Shown in pieces: positions 47,329 through 56,700 of a stretch of 64,000 bases of DNA. The translations under genes and the position numbers were made by a program. Under the pieces are notes generated by a model. The model did not search any database. It had not been told where the DNA came from and worked only from the letters and a program-made list of their open reading frames with translations. The stretch spans positions 98,093 through 162,092 of the forward strand of contig CAZUHV010000003.1 in the NCBI GenBank assembly GCA_964620965.1. The letters run 5' to 3'. Origin of the DNA: an uncultured Pseudomonadales bacterium (lineage in GTDB: Bacteria > Patescibacteriota > Microgenomatia > UBA1400 > PJMF01). Within the stretch, counting starts at the first letter, position 1. Every line of letters begins with the position of its first letter.

Positions 47329-49221
47329 TTATTTCTTTGAGTCTTTTTTTGAAGTTTTCACTTTTGATTTTGCTTCGTTATTTTTCTTTTTGGTTTCCTG
47401 AGGCATTTGAGTAGGAGAGTAGTTCACTACAATATCTTGAGGAGCAAGGCTTCCTTGAATTCCGTGTTTAGACTGAAGTTCTGCACCTTCCAAAAGTAGT
47501 GCTTTATATTTTTCCTCAATATTAAGATCTCTTGACTGTGCAATTTGTGCCTCTCTTTGTTCTCGTTTTATTTTTTTTACTTCATCATCTGTAAGTGTCA
47601 TTGGTGGGTTCGCAGAATCAGTATTTAAGATTGTTCGTTTTTCTTTGATGAATGGTAACTTAGGGAGTTTAAATTTGAATCCCGATTTTTTTTGAACAGG
47701 AAATGCAGGTTCGAAGACTTGTTGTCCTACAGGCTCTTTTGATTCGTTTGGAAAGCTGGTTGGCTGATTTGAAGATGTGCTTGCTTCAGTAGGTGGTTGT
47801 GGAGTTATTTTTTCTTTAGTTGCTGTGTTTTCTTGGGCTTCACTAATAATGCTTTGGTCAATTTTTTCTATGTATAAAAGCTTTTCTGGGTCGATATTAT
47901 CAATTTGCCCAGACAAGATGATTTCTATATCAGCTAGTGTTTGGTCCATTTTGGCAAACACACCTTTTCTATTCGTTTGAGGTTCAGCAACGGTGAGGCT
48001 TTGAGCCATGTAGTTTTCAAGCAAAATTGATCTTTTGTAGGTGACTTGATCTTCAGTAGAAAGCTCAGAAAGGCCAACTAGCGAAACAATTTTTTCTATT
48101 TCGGTTGCTTGTTCAAGGATTCGCTTTGCTTTTACATGTAGGCCAAAGTGTTTGGTTCCAATAATTTCAGGTTCTACAGCCGAAGAATTAGAGGCAATCA
48201 AATCAATAGCAGGAAGTCTTCCAGATTGGTAAATATCTCTTGAGAGCACGATATAGCTATCAAGATAGTAGAGAGCAGAACGAACAGAATAGTCAAAAAG
48301 ATCATCAGAAGGAAGATAGATTGCCTCTATGCTTGTAATATCTGCATCTGGAGTAGAGGTGAGTGCCTCATGAAGTGTTCCAATTTCTGATGGAAGTGTT
48401 GGTTGGTATCCGTCTTCTGATGGAACAGCTTGCATTAAAGTTGAGAGCTCGTATCCAGCCTGGCTAAAACGGTACATATTATCCATAAAAAATAAAACAT
48501 CTTTTCCACGATCTCTGAAGTCTTCTGCTATACTTGCAGCTGCATACGCAGTTCTAAAACGAACTGCTGGATTTTCACCCATTTGACCAACTACCATGAC
48601 AGTTTTATCAAGAACTTTAGATGCTTCTAAGTTTTCAAGTAATTCATGAGCTTCTCTGGAACGTTCTCCAACAGCGCTGAAAACAGAGATACTTTCTTTG
48701 CTTTCTTTGCTTGCGATAACCACATTATGGATTAATTCTGTTAATAGAATAGTTTTTCCAAGTCCAGCCCCTCCAACAAGCCCAATTTTACTTCCTTTTA
48801 AGACAGGAGTGAAAAAGTCGATTGCTCTAATCCCGGTATACAAAATGTCTTTTGGAGTTATGGCAGTTTCTATATTTGTAGCAGTATGGGAATGTAGGGA
48901 CTTAAATTTTTTTGGTTTAAATGGTTTTGCATCTTGAGCGTTTCCAAAAACGTCGATAGCTCTTCCCAAAATTTCATCTCCAACTGGGATCATGAGGTTT
49001 TGTTCTGTATTTATTACAATATCTCCTCTGGCAATCTCATTTTTTTTATTTAAGACAAAACAATAGTAAGTATTTTCTTCCTGAGCGGAAGAAACAACTT
49101 CAAGCTTAATTTCTGGATTTGTTTCTAGAACAAGAACATCAAAAATCGCAGGTTGAGCGAGTGTGAACTCAACTGTTGCGACGTTATCTTGAACTCCAGT
49201 AATTTTTCCTATTTTTTTCAT
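47329..49221 (-). CDS. atpD: F1-ATPase beta-subunit homologue with ~160-aa Lys-rich C-terminal extension
   Basis: P-loop GGAGLGKT. Catalytic region FSAVGERSREAHEL...VLDKTVMVVGQMGENPAVRFRTAYAAASIAEDFRDRGKDVLFFMDNMYRFSQAGYELSTL...GYQPTLPSEIGTLHE. A DELSEED-like SELSTED. At 630 aa it is far longer than the usual ~470; the extra sequence is a low-complexity K/E/P/T tail. Confidence 0.9.
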   Translation of the reverse strand: MKKIGKITGVQDNVATVEFTLAQPAIFDVLVLETNPEIKLEVVSSAQEENTYYCFVLNKKNEIARGDIVINTEQNLMIPVGDEILGRAIDVFGNAQDAKPFKPKKFKSLHSHTATNIETAITPKDILYTGIRAIDFFTPVLKGSKIGLVGGAGLGKTILLTELIHNVVIASKESKESISVFSAVGERSREAHELLENLEASKVLDKTVMVVGQMGENPAVRFRTAYAAASIAEDFRDRGKDVLFFMDNMYRFSQAGYELSTLMQAVPSEDGYQPTLPSEIGTLHEALTSTPDADITSIEAIYLPSDDLFDYSVRSALYYLDSYIVLSRDIYQSGRLPAIDLIASNSSAVEPEIIGTKHFGLHVKAKRILEQATEIEKIVSLVGLSELSTEDQVTYKRSILLENYMAQSLTVAEPQTNRKGVFAKMDQTLADIEIILSGQIDNIDPEKLLYIEKIDQSIISEAQENTATKEKITPQPPTEASTSSNQPTSFPNESKEPVGQQVFEPAFPVQKKSGFKFKLPKLPFIKEKRTILNTDSANPPMTLTDDEVKKIKREQREAQIAQSRDLNIEEKYKALLLEGAELQSKHGIQGSLAPQDIVVNYSPTQMPQETKKKNNEAKSKVKTSKKDSKK

Positions 49222-50090
49222 GACCAGAATCTCATTCCAGAAAGTCTATTTCTTTGTTTTTTGTTTGCTTTATACTTCATTGTTTTAAGTTTAAGTCTTT
49301 TTATTTTTTCTAGCTCCTCTTCAAGGTTATTTTGCGTATTTTGAAGAGTTGATATTCTAGAACCTAAGTTTGCCAGATGAGCTTCTTTAATTTTGTGTTG
49401 GAATAAGTTTGACATAATTTGAATTTCAAAGAAATGGAGGATTTTTTCTTTGTCTGGTTCAAATAAAAAATGTTTTTTTTCTGTATTTTTTATTTCTTCG
49501 GAACTGCTGAGATCAAGATCTCCAGAAATTGTTTCAACTTGAGGTTGTTGATCAACTAAAGAAATATAGTATGGGTTGAAAACGTTAATTTTTTCGTAAT
49601 TTAATAAATGCTTTAGCAGCTTAATATTAGACTTGAGGCTCGTATCTTTTTCTGTTAATTCAAAGTATTCATACTTGGTATTTTGAGGAAAAAATTCGTT
49701 AAAAAGTTTTTTTGCAGTAAGTCCAACGATGACAATGTCACTGTCTGTTTCAGAAATTGTGTTTTTGAAAAATTGTAAACTTTTTCTGTTAATGTCGGTA
49801 GAAAATTTAGTTTCAAAAGAAATGAAAACAGCAACACTTTTACCATTTTTTGTGAGGGTAGAGAAACTAATAATTTCTTTATTTTTAGGATTACTTTTTA
49901 TAAATCGTTTTAAATCTTGTTTGAGGTCTATGAAAGTATTCAACAAACCTTGAAAAAAATCACGACTGTTAATTGTTGCGTCACGATTTTGTTTCATCTG
50001 GTAAATGGTGAGTTTTTGATATGCAGAAAAGAAATCGCCAATTGCATTGAGAGAATCTTCTTGTATTTGTAGTTGTTTTACACTTGGCAT
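49218..50090 (-). CDS. atpG: F1-ATPase gamma-subunit-like protein (divergent)
   Basis: Position between alpha and beta. The N-terminal MPSVKQLQIQEDSLNAIGDFFSAYQKLTIYQM parallels the gamma N-helix (M.s.kei..rI.Sv.nt.kIt.AM.mVAasKm). A C-terminal helix with a conserved-type ending is present. Confidence 0.65.
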   Translation of the reverse strand: MPSVKQLQIQEDSLNAIGDFFSAYQKLTIYQMKQNRDATINSRDFFQGLLNTFIDLKQDLKRFIKSNPKNKEIISFSTLTKNGKSVAVFISFETKFSTDINRKSLQFFKNTISETDSDIVIVGLTAKKLFNEFFPQNTKYEYFELTEKDTSLKSNIKLLKHLLNYEKINVFNPYYISLVDQQPQVETISGDLDLSSSEEIKNTEKKHFLFEPDKEKILHFFEIQIMSNLFQHKIKEAHLANLGSRISTLQNTQNNLEEELEKIKRLKLKTMKYKANKKQRNRLSGMRFWS

Positions 50091-51556
50091 AAATTTAATA
50101 AAACAGATTTTTGAGCTTCGATATTTTTTATAAGTTCCTTAAATGATTTTGAATAGCTGATAAGGTTATCAATTTGCTTTTTTATTTCTTTTTGGCTGAT
50201 ATATTGTTTTTCTAGCTCGAATTTGCATGATGAAACGACATTTTTATGAGTATTTTCAAACCAATTTTGCCAGATCATGGAAAGCAAAATGATCTGCACA
50301 TTGATTGGAAGTCCGTTATTTTCGCTAAAGAAATCGGTAATAAGTTCACCTTTTTGTAGCACTCTTTGGCTTTCTGCACTGATTTCACTGCCTAAATGAG
50401 TAAGGCTCTTTGTTTTTTTGTAACTTGCAAGAAAACTGGTTATCTTAAGATTGATATCACGTTGAACTGGAGTTTGTGTTTGTTTACCAACACGAGTGAC
50501 AGACAGCCCAATGTTTATTGCAGGTCTAACTCCTTGATTGAACAATCTCTGATCAAAGAGGAGATGTCCATCTGTTATAGAAATTAAGTTTGAAGCAATA
50601 AAGTCTGTAAGGTCGCTGTTTGTGGTTCTTACAACAGGAAGACAGGTAAGTGAAACAGATTTATTAGGATCGGTTGGGTGTTGATATGTCCCAGATCTTT
50701 CAAGTAATTGTGCCTGAGAAAAAAAGATATCACCTGGAAACGAGTCTCTTCCTGGAAATTTCTTTGCAAGCAAAGAAATTTCTCTATAAAACTCTGCTTG
50801 TGAAGTCAAATCATCCAGAATTAAAAGAACGTTATTTCCCAAACTTAAAAGGTGCTCTGCAACTGTCATTGCAGCAAATGGAGTAACAACAATAGAGCTA
50901 ATAGAGTCTTTGGGTGTAGAAGCAACAATTGTGATTGAATCCATAACCTTTTTTTCTACAAAAAAATCAAATGCATTTTTAATGTCTGAAGTTTTCTTGG
51001 AAATCATAGCGTACACAACTTTATTTCCACCTTGCGCTTGTTTAACAGCTAAGTTTTTTGCAAAGTTACTTTTACCAGATTTTCTGTCTCCAATGAGGAG
51101 CTCGCGCTGACCTTCACCAATAGGGAGGAGTAGGTCTGTAACACTAAACCCAGTAATAAGTTGTTGTGTTGTCCTTCTTCTTTTAGTGATACTTGGTGGT
51201 TCAGCATACATTTCTTTAAAGATAGTATTTTTTTCTTTCGACTTGTTGATTGTAGTCAAGAGATCTCCTACAGAGTTAAACACAGAGCCTAGTAGTTGTT
51301 GAGTAATTGGGAACGAAAGCTGTTTGTTGGTTCTGTAGAGTCTTTCACCAGTCTTGACTGGATCTTTTGAAAAAACCATAAGTTTGATTGTATCTTGTGT
51401 AAACGAGAGTACCTGTCCAACAGATGCATTCTCGAAAATAACCATCTCGCCTGGATTTATATTAGAAAATCCTTTTGCTGTAACCAAAGGATGATTTACA
51501 GAGGTGACCTCTGCATATTCATTTTTGTTGATTTGATACTGTGCTTCTTGTTTCAT
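50078..51556 (-). CDS. atpA: F1-ATPase alpha-subunit homologue
   Basis: GQRELLIGDRKSGKS parallels GQRELIIGDRQTGKT. ILDDLTSQAEFYREISLLAKKFPGRDSFPGDIFFSQAQLLERS parallels YDDLSKQAVAYRQ[MI]SLLLRRPPGREA[FY]PGDVFYLHSRLLERA. ISITDGHLLFDQRLFNQGVRPAINIGLSVTRVG is also present. Confidence 0.85.
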   Translation of the reverse strand: MKQEAQYQINKNEYAEVTSVNHPLVTAKGFSNINPGEMVIFENASVGQVLSFTQDTIKLMVFSKDPVKTGERLYRTNKQLSFPITQQLLGSVFNSVGDLLTTINKSKEKNTIFKEMYAEPPSITKRRRTTQQLITGFSVTDLLLPIGEGQRELLIGDRKSGKSNFAKNLAVKQAQGGNKVVYAMISKKTSDIKNAFDFFVEKKVMDSITIVASTPKDSISSIVVTPFAAMTVAEHLLSLGNNVLLILDDLTSQAEFYREISLLAKKFPGRDSFPGDIFFSQAQLLERSGTYQHPTDPNKSVSLTCLPVVRTTNSDLTDFIASNLISITDGHLLFDQRLFNQGVRPAINIGLSVTRVGKQTQTPVQRDINLKITSFLASYKKTKSLTHLGSEISAESQRVLQKGELITDFFSENNGLPINVQIILLSMIWQNWFENTHKNVVSSCKFELEKQYISQKEIKKQIDNLISYSKSFKELIKNIEAQKSVLLNLCQV

Positions 51557-52011
51557 GTAATGAGTTCTGTTTCTAGTGATTTTTCGTAAATTTTCCCATC
51601 AAACTCTATTTTTAAACCGATTAACTCTGGATTAATTGAATAATCAACAATAATTTGTGAACCATTTTTTTGTTGTAATTTGTTTGCTATTTGTTCGATT
51701 TGGTCTCTGGTTGGTTCGTATCCAAGTGTTAGATGAATAACAGGTATCTTAGAAATGTATGTTCCAACAGAGGCAATGGTTTCGATTAGTTCTTTTGGTG
51801 TCTCAGTGTTTCCAACAATTAGTTCTAGAGGTTTAAAAAACCTCACAGGAACTGTAGTCTTGAGTTTTTTTAAAAACTTTGAGGCATCTTTTGTATAGGC
51901 AGCATCACGAACTATTGAAAGAGAGTCTAAAATCACAGCTCGGTCAGCTGTTGTTACTATGAGTTCACCTGCAAGTTTTTCTAGTTCAGTTGTTGTCATT
52001 TCTATTTCCAA
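51553..52011 (-). CDS. atpH: F-type ATPase delta (OSCP)-like subunit
   Basis: The C-terminal IIVDYSINPELIGLKIEFDGKIYEKSLETEL matches the delta/OSCP C-terminus (…vdpsLiGG..i..gd.viDgSv..rL). Position between b and alpha. Confidence 0.6.
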   Translation of the reverse strand: MEIEMTTTELEKLAGELIVTTADRAVILDSLSIVRDAAYTKDASKFLKKLKTTVPVRFFKPLELIVGNTETPKELIETIASVGTYISKIPVIHLTLGYEPTRDQIEQIANKLQQKNGSQIIVDYSINPELIGLKIEFDGKIYEKSLETELIT

Positions 52012-52622
52012 ATTTCATCAATAATTTGCAGTGTTAGTTCATGTTTTTCAGAGTTTTTTATTGCTTTTCCTAAATATTTTTGTGCAACTTTTGTCACTAA
52101 CTTTTCACTTTCTTGCGCAATCTTTTCTTTTTGTTGGGTTTTAAACTCTTGGATTTCTGTTTTTGTTGTTTGAGCTTCTTTTACAAGTTCGTCTGCGACT
52201 TGTTTTTGTAAAGTTGCTATTGTTTCTTGCAGAGTAGTGCTTAAATTTTTCACTTCTGTTGTTAAGGCTGTAACAAGCTCTTGTGACGAGTGTTGAGCAT
52301 GCTTTTTAAGCAGATCTTTTTGCTGTTCGACGATTTCTTCTGTAATATCATCAACTCTTTGGTGCAGTTTTAATGTAAAGTTTTTAACTTCCGAATGAAC
52401 ATCATGATATTGCTCTAGAGTTTTGAGGATGATTTCTTGAGATTCATCTTTTGTTGCAGAAACAACTTTTTCTAGTTGCTCTTTAATGTGTTTGAACTCA
52501 TTTTTGTATTCTTCATCAATTTTTTCGAGTCTTTTTTTGTCGGACCTGAGTTTATATGCAATTATTAACTCTAGTACGAGTCCTAAGATTACGACAGCGA
52601 GTATGTTATATGTTTGGTCCAT
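52002..52622 (-). CDS. atpF: F-type ATPase b-subunit-like (single N-terminal TM + long coiled coil)
   Basis: N-terminal helix ILAVVILGLVLELIIAYKL, then ~170 aa of heptad-rich K/E/Q sequence. Operon position matches b. Confidence 0.55.
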   Translation of the reverse strand: MDQTYNILAVVILGLVLELIIAYKLRSDKKRLEKIDEEYKNEFKHIKEQLEKVVSATKDESQEIILKTLEQYHDVHSEVKNFTLKLHQRVDDITEEIVEQQKDLLKKHAQHSSQELVTALTTEVKNLSTTLQETIATLQKQVADELVKEAQTTKTEIQEFKTQQKEKIAQESEKLVTKVAQKYLGKAIKNSEKHELTLQIIDEIWK

Positions 52623-52633
52623 AGTTTCCTTTT

Positions 52634-53482
52634 TTACAGTGACACCACAAAATAGGCACCTGCTATTCCGGCACCAATGATTGTGACACTGATTAATATG
52701 TTAACAAAAATTCCAGTAAGGATGCTACTTTTGGCTAATGGATTTCTTCCCAAAGCCTCAATTCCTTTTTGTGAAGTTCTAGAAAAACTGACAAATGCAA
52801 TGGTGACTGCTGTTAAAAGAATGATCCCTGCAACGACATACTTAAACACTTCTTTTGGATCGTCGATTGCTGCAATTGCACTCAAACTTACTATATCTCG
52901 CAGTCTATTACCAATCGTTTCTGAATCAGGAGTATCTTCTCCAAATGTAAAGTCTTTTGCAATTCTTACGTCAATAAGACCTTTGTCACTTGCAGAATTA
53001 CCATCAAATTCTTGCATGGCAATTCCAAGAGTAAATCCAGATTTAACTGCTTTCATGCCAACCCCAGCAACTGAGGAGGCTGTAATGTAATCGCCTTTTT
53101 CTATTGGCCCACTTTCTCCAGAGACAAGAACAGGCGCTGTTCCAGAACTGACGATTGGGACTTCTCCTTCACTTATATTTTCTGGTTGGGTAAGTGGAAG
53201 GGTATTAATGAACTCAATTTTAGGAAATAAATTGACTGAACCAATAATTGCTCTGTCATAGGCTTCGCTACTCAGTTGATACTGTCCATTTTTATGGGCA
53301 ATAATCATGCCATTTTCTATTTCTTGGCCATCTTGGACAAATATTTCAACAGGGTAGGCAACGCCAAAACTTGTCTCAGTTTCTTGTGCAAACACTGTTG
53401 AAGTGGTGGGCAGTAAAACAACAAGCAACATCAAAGTTGCTGTGATGTTTGTAATTAATTTTGTCACAATTCCATTGTACAT
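52634..53482 (-). CDS. Fusion of a secreted ~200-aa domain to a C-terminal F0 c-subunit-like helical hairpin that lacks the ion-binding carboxylate
   Basis: Signal peptide (…TSTVFAQ). A soluble domain of unknown type. The C-terminal VVAGIILLTAVTIAFVSFSRTSQKGIEALGRNPLAKSSILTGIFVNILISVTIIGAGIAGAYFVV aligns with the c-subunit …SRTIEGIARQPEL…FIGVALVEALPII…. The polar loop is R-N-P. Helix 2 has no Asp/Glu (Asn 13 residues after the loop Pro; the canonical position 18 is Val), and helix 1 lacks the GxGxGxG motif. Confidence 0.55.
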   Translation of the reverse strand: MYNGIVTKLITNITATLMLLVVLLPTTSTVFAQETETSFGVAYPVEIFVQDGQEIENGMIIAHKNGQYQLSSEAYDRAIIGSVNLFPKIEFINTLPLTQPENISEGEVPIVSSGTAPVLVSGESGPIEKGDYITASSVAGVGMKAVKSGFTLGIAMQEFDGNSASDKGLIDVRIAKDFTFGEDTPDSETIGNRLRDIVSLSAIAAIDDPKEVFKYVVAGIILLTAVTIAFVSFSRTSQKGIEALGRNPLAKSSILTGIFVNILISVTIIGAGIAGAYFVVSL

Positions 53483-53745
53483 TTTTTTTCTACCAGATGT
53501 AAATACTGGTTTTCCGATTGTTTTGGTATATCAAAGTATATTTTTTTATACCATTAAAATCGATTTTTAATTGAGTACAAAAATTTGTTACTACTTTTTA
53601 AGTTTCCGTTAACTTGAGGAAAATATTGAATAAAAAAAGTATTCATATCACATACTACAATCATATAAAAAATGCTATATGTCAATATTTTTCGCTTATT
53701 CTTCGTCTATATTTTTATTACAAAAATCGGTACTATTAATCTTGT

Positions 53746-56700
53746 ATGTTTAACCAAACAAAAACTCGAGCAAAGGGTAAGGGTCTTTTGTTGCCTATGG
53801 CTTTGTTTTTTGTGGTTTTTATTAGTGTATATTTTTTTAGATTTCCTCTAGAGTCATGGTTCGGTGTAATTAGAACAGAGTCCAACGCTGAAACAATACA
53901 GGATTTAAAAAGCACCGATTCTGAGGGAAAAGTTAAAGGTATTACAACTGAAACTCAAGAAACGCAAGATCTTGTACAAAAACCTCAAGGAGAAGTTAAA
54001 GCAGTTTCAGACGACATTACAGAAAATAGTTTGGTTTTTAGGCTAAAAGTATTTTTCTTAGACACAATAGGGGCAGTTTCAGCTAAATTTGATACAGATT
54101 TAGAAGTTGGGAATGATGTTGTCATTGGCAATGATCTTGATGTGGGTGGGCAGTTAACTCTTGCAGGAGATTTGGTTGCTCCAAATGTTTTGTATTCGCT
54201 TACCGCTGGGACAGGTGTCACTATTAGTGGAGATCAAGAAATTACAATAACGAACGATGATTTAGGTTCTGATCAAGAAATATTCAAAAACTTTAAGATT
54301 GGTGATACGACTATTAGTGCTGGTTCAAATGACGATACATTAACTTGGCAAGGTGGAACAGGTATTTCACTTTCTAGTGATGGAAAAACAGTGACAGTTT
54401 CTGCAAGCGGTTCTGACCTTAATGTATCTGGTTTTACGGATGGGGGAAGTTCAGTATATCTAACGACAAGCACAGATAATGTAGGGATTGGAACCTCAAA
54501 TCCAGGTTATAAATTACATGTTGTTGGAACAAGTTATTTCAGTGGAAACGCTACATTTGCTGGTGGCACAGTAATTTCTTCTGGAATTAATAATTCTTCT
54601 GGAGGAATAACTAATGCTGGTCCGATTACCGGAGCAACAGGGCTTACTTCCTCTGGAACAATTACATTTTCAGGTCTTGGTACTGGCATAGTGCATAGTA
54701 ATGTTAATGGAGTTATTTCTTCTTCTGCACTTAATTTAGCAGGTGGAGGAACAGAAATTACTGGTACTTTGCCTGTTACAAATGGTGGTACAGGACTAAC
54801 TTCTGCAACAACGGGCCAGATTATATATGCATCAGCGGCAAATACTTTTGCGACGCTTGGGATTGGCTCAGAAGGACAAGTCCTTACAGTGAGCAGTGGA
54901 ATTCCTGCATGGGGAAGCTCTGGATCAGGATCTCCTTGTGCAACATGTATTGTTAATAATCCCGGATCAACACAAACAATTACGCCTGCGGCAGCAACGG
55001 CAACAGGTCTAGTAGTCAAACAAGCTACAAGTGGTTCTGTTGATGTATTTAGGATAGAAAGCAATGATGGTTCCAGTACCTTTTTCAAGATTGATTCTTC
55101 TGGAAATGTGACACTTGGTAACCAGACAAGTAGTGGAGTGTTTACTGTTTCTCCAACAAATACAGATCCAATCTCAATTTCTCCAGTTGCTGAAGGTGCA
55201 GGACAGTATACAGGAACAATAACTTCAGAAGATCTTACTGCTGCAAGGACATGGACATTTCCAAATGAATCTGGAATTATTTGTTTAGCCTCTGGAAATT
55301 GTAGCGGAACAGCAGCAGGTGTTGGAGGATCTGGAACAGCTCATTATCTATCAAGATGGAGTAGTACGTATGGACTTACAGATTCTATTATTTATGATTC
55401 TGGCACAAATATTGGAATTGGTTCAACGAGTCCAGGTGCGAAACTAGATCTTGTTGGTACGTTTAATGTAAGTGGATTGGCAACTTTAGCAGATGATCTG
55501 CAAGTAAATAAACATGCAACAATTTCAGGGTCTTTAACTGTAGACCAAACAGTTGATTTTAATTCAACTCTTGGGGTAACTGGAGCAACGACTCTGGGCT
55601 CAACTTTGGATGTAACAGGATTGGCAACGTTTGGTGGGAATGTGGGGATTGGAACAACAAGTCCAAACTATTATCTAGATGTGAGAGGAGCTGGATCAAG
55701 TAGTGCGCGTTTTAATTTTGCTTCAACAGATAGTAGTGCGGCAAAAGTTAGAATTGGTACGACTAATGGGGCATATCACTTTAATGTAAACTCTAGTGGA
55801 GAATTCCAGATAGATAGAGAAAGCGGAAATAGTAGTATCTTTTCGATACAAGGAGATGCTCCTGCAAACTTGTTTAATCTTCAATCTTCTGGCGGTGGAT
55901 TTATTGCGATAGGGGGGGATATTACCCCAAGTACAAAAGTTGGAGATGTTCACCTCGTTGACTCGAATTCTCCATCCTCAACACATGGTTTAGCGTTAGA
56001 TGTTGATTCCACAACAACACAGTCAGTTATTTTCAGAGAAAATAGTAATAATGTTTTTAGATTACGGTCAACTTTGGGAAATGGAACGTATGCAAATAAT
56101 TCTTTGAGTTTTCAAACAGATACTGACTCTGGAAGTGGTGCTACTTATGGTGATTTGTTGACTATTTTGCAGGGGGGAAATATCGGTATAGGAACAAATC
56201 TTCCTACTGCTCGGCTACAAATCGTTGGTGATGAGGTACGAATTGGTGATGCAGGCACAGTTACCTATGCAACAGGAGATGGTGAACTCTATGTAGAAGG
56301 TGATCTGGAGGTTGACGGACAAGTTTATTTAGACGGAAGAATAAATTTGTTGTCTAATGTAGACCAAATAAATAGCTCTAGAGCAACTTTTTATGGATTC
56401 AACCATACAGGTTCTACTCTTATTTACAATACTCAAGGGCAACACTGGTGGAGAACAAATGATCTAACGAGAATGATTCTTGCAAATAATGGGTATTTTG
56501 GGATAGGAGGAAGTACTCCTGTTGGTCTCTTTAATGTTGAAGGAGCAGCAACAGGTAAAGCTCTTGCAATTCTTAATGAGACTGGTGACCAAGATATTTT
56601 TGCAGCTTCTGCTTCTGGAACAAACAGATTTACCATTAAAAACAGTGGTAACGTTGGCATAGGAACAACTAATCCGCTTGCCGCACTACATATTGGACAA

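Noticed and set aside
49218-50090. Whether the 290-aa gene between alpha and beta might be unrelated to gamma
   Set aside because: Kept as gamma-like. Position, length, the N-terminal helix pattern and the C-terminal helix are all consistent, though similarity is weak. Not rejected, only flagged as lower confidence.
54534-55088. 184-aa minus-strand ORF inside the second giant gene
   Set aside because: Pro/Val-rich antisense artefact of a Gly/Thr/Ser-rich sense frame with a continuous 2122-aa ORF.
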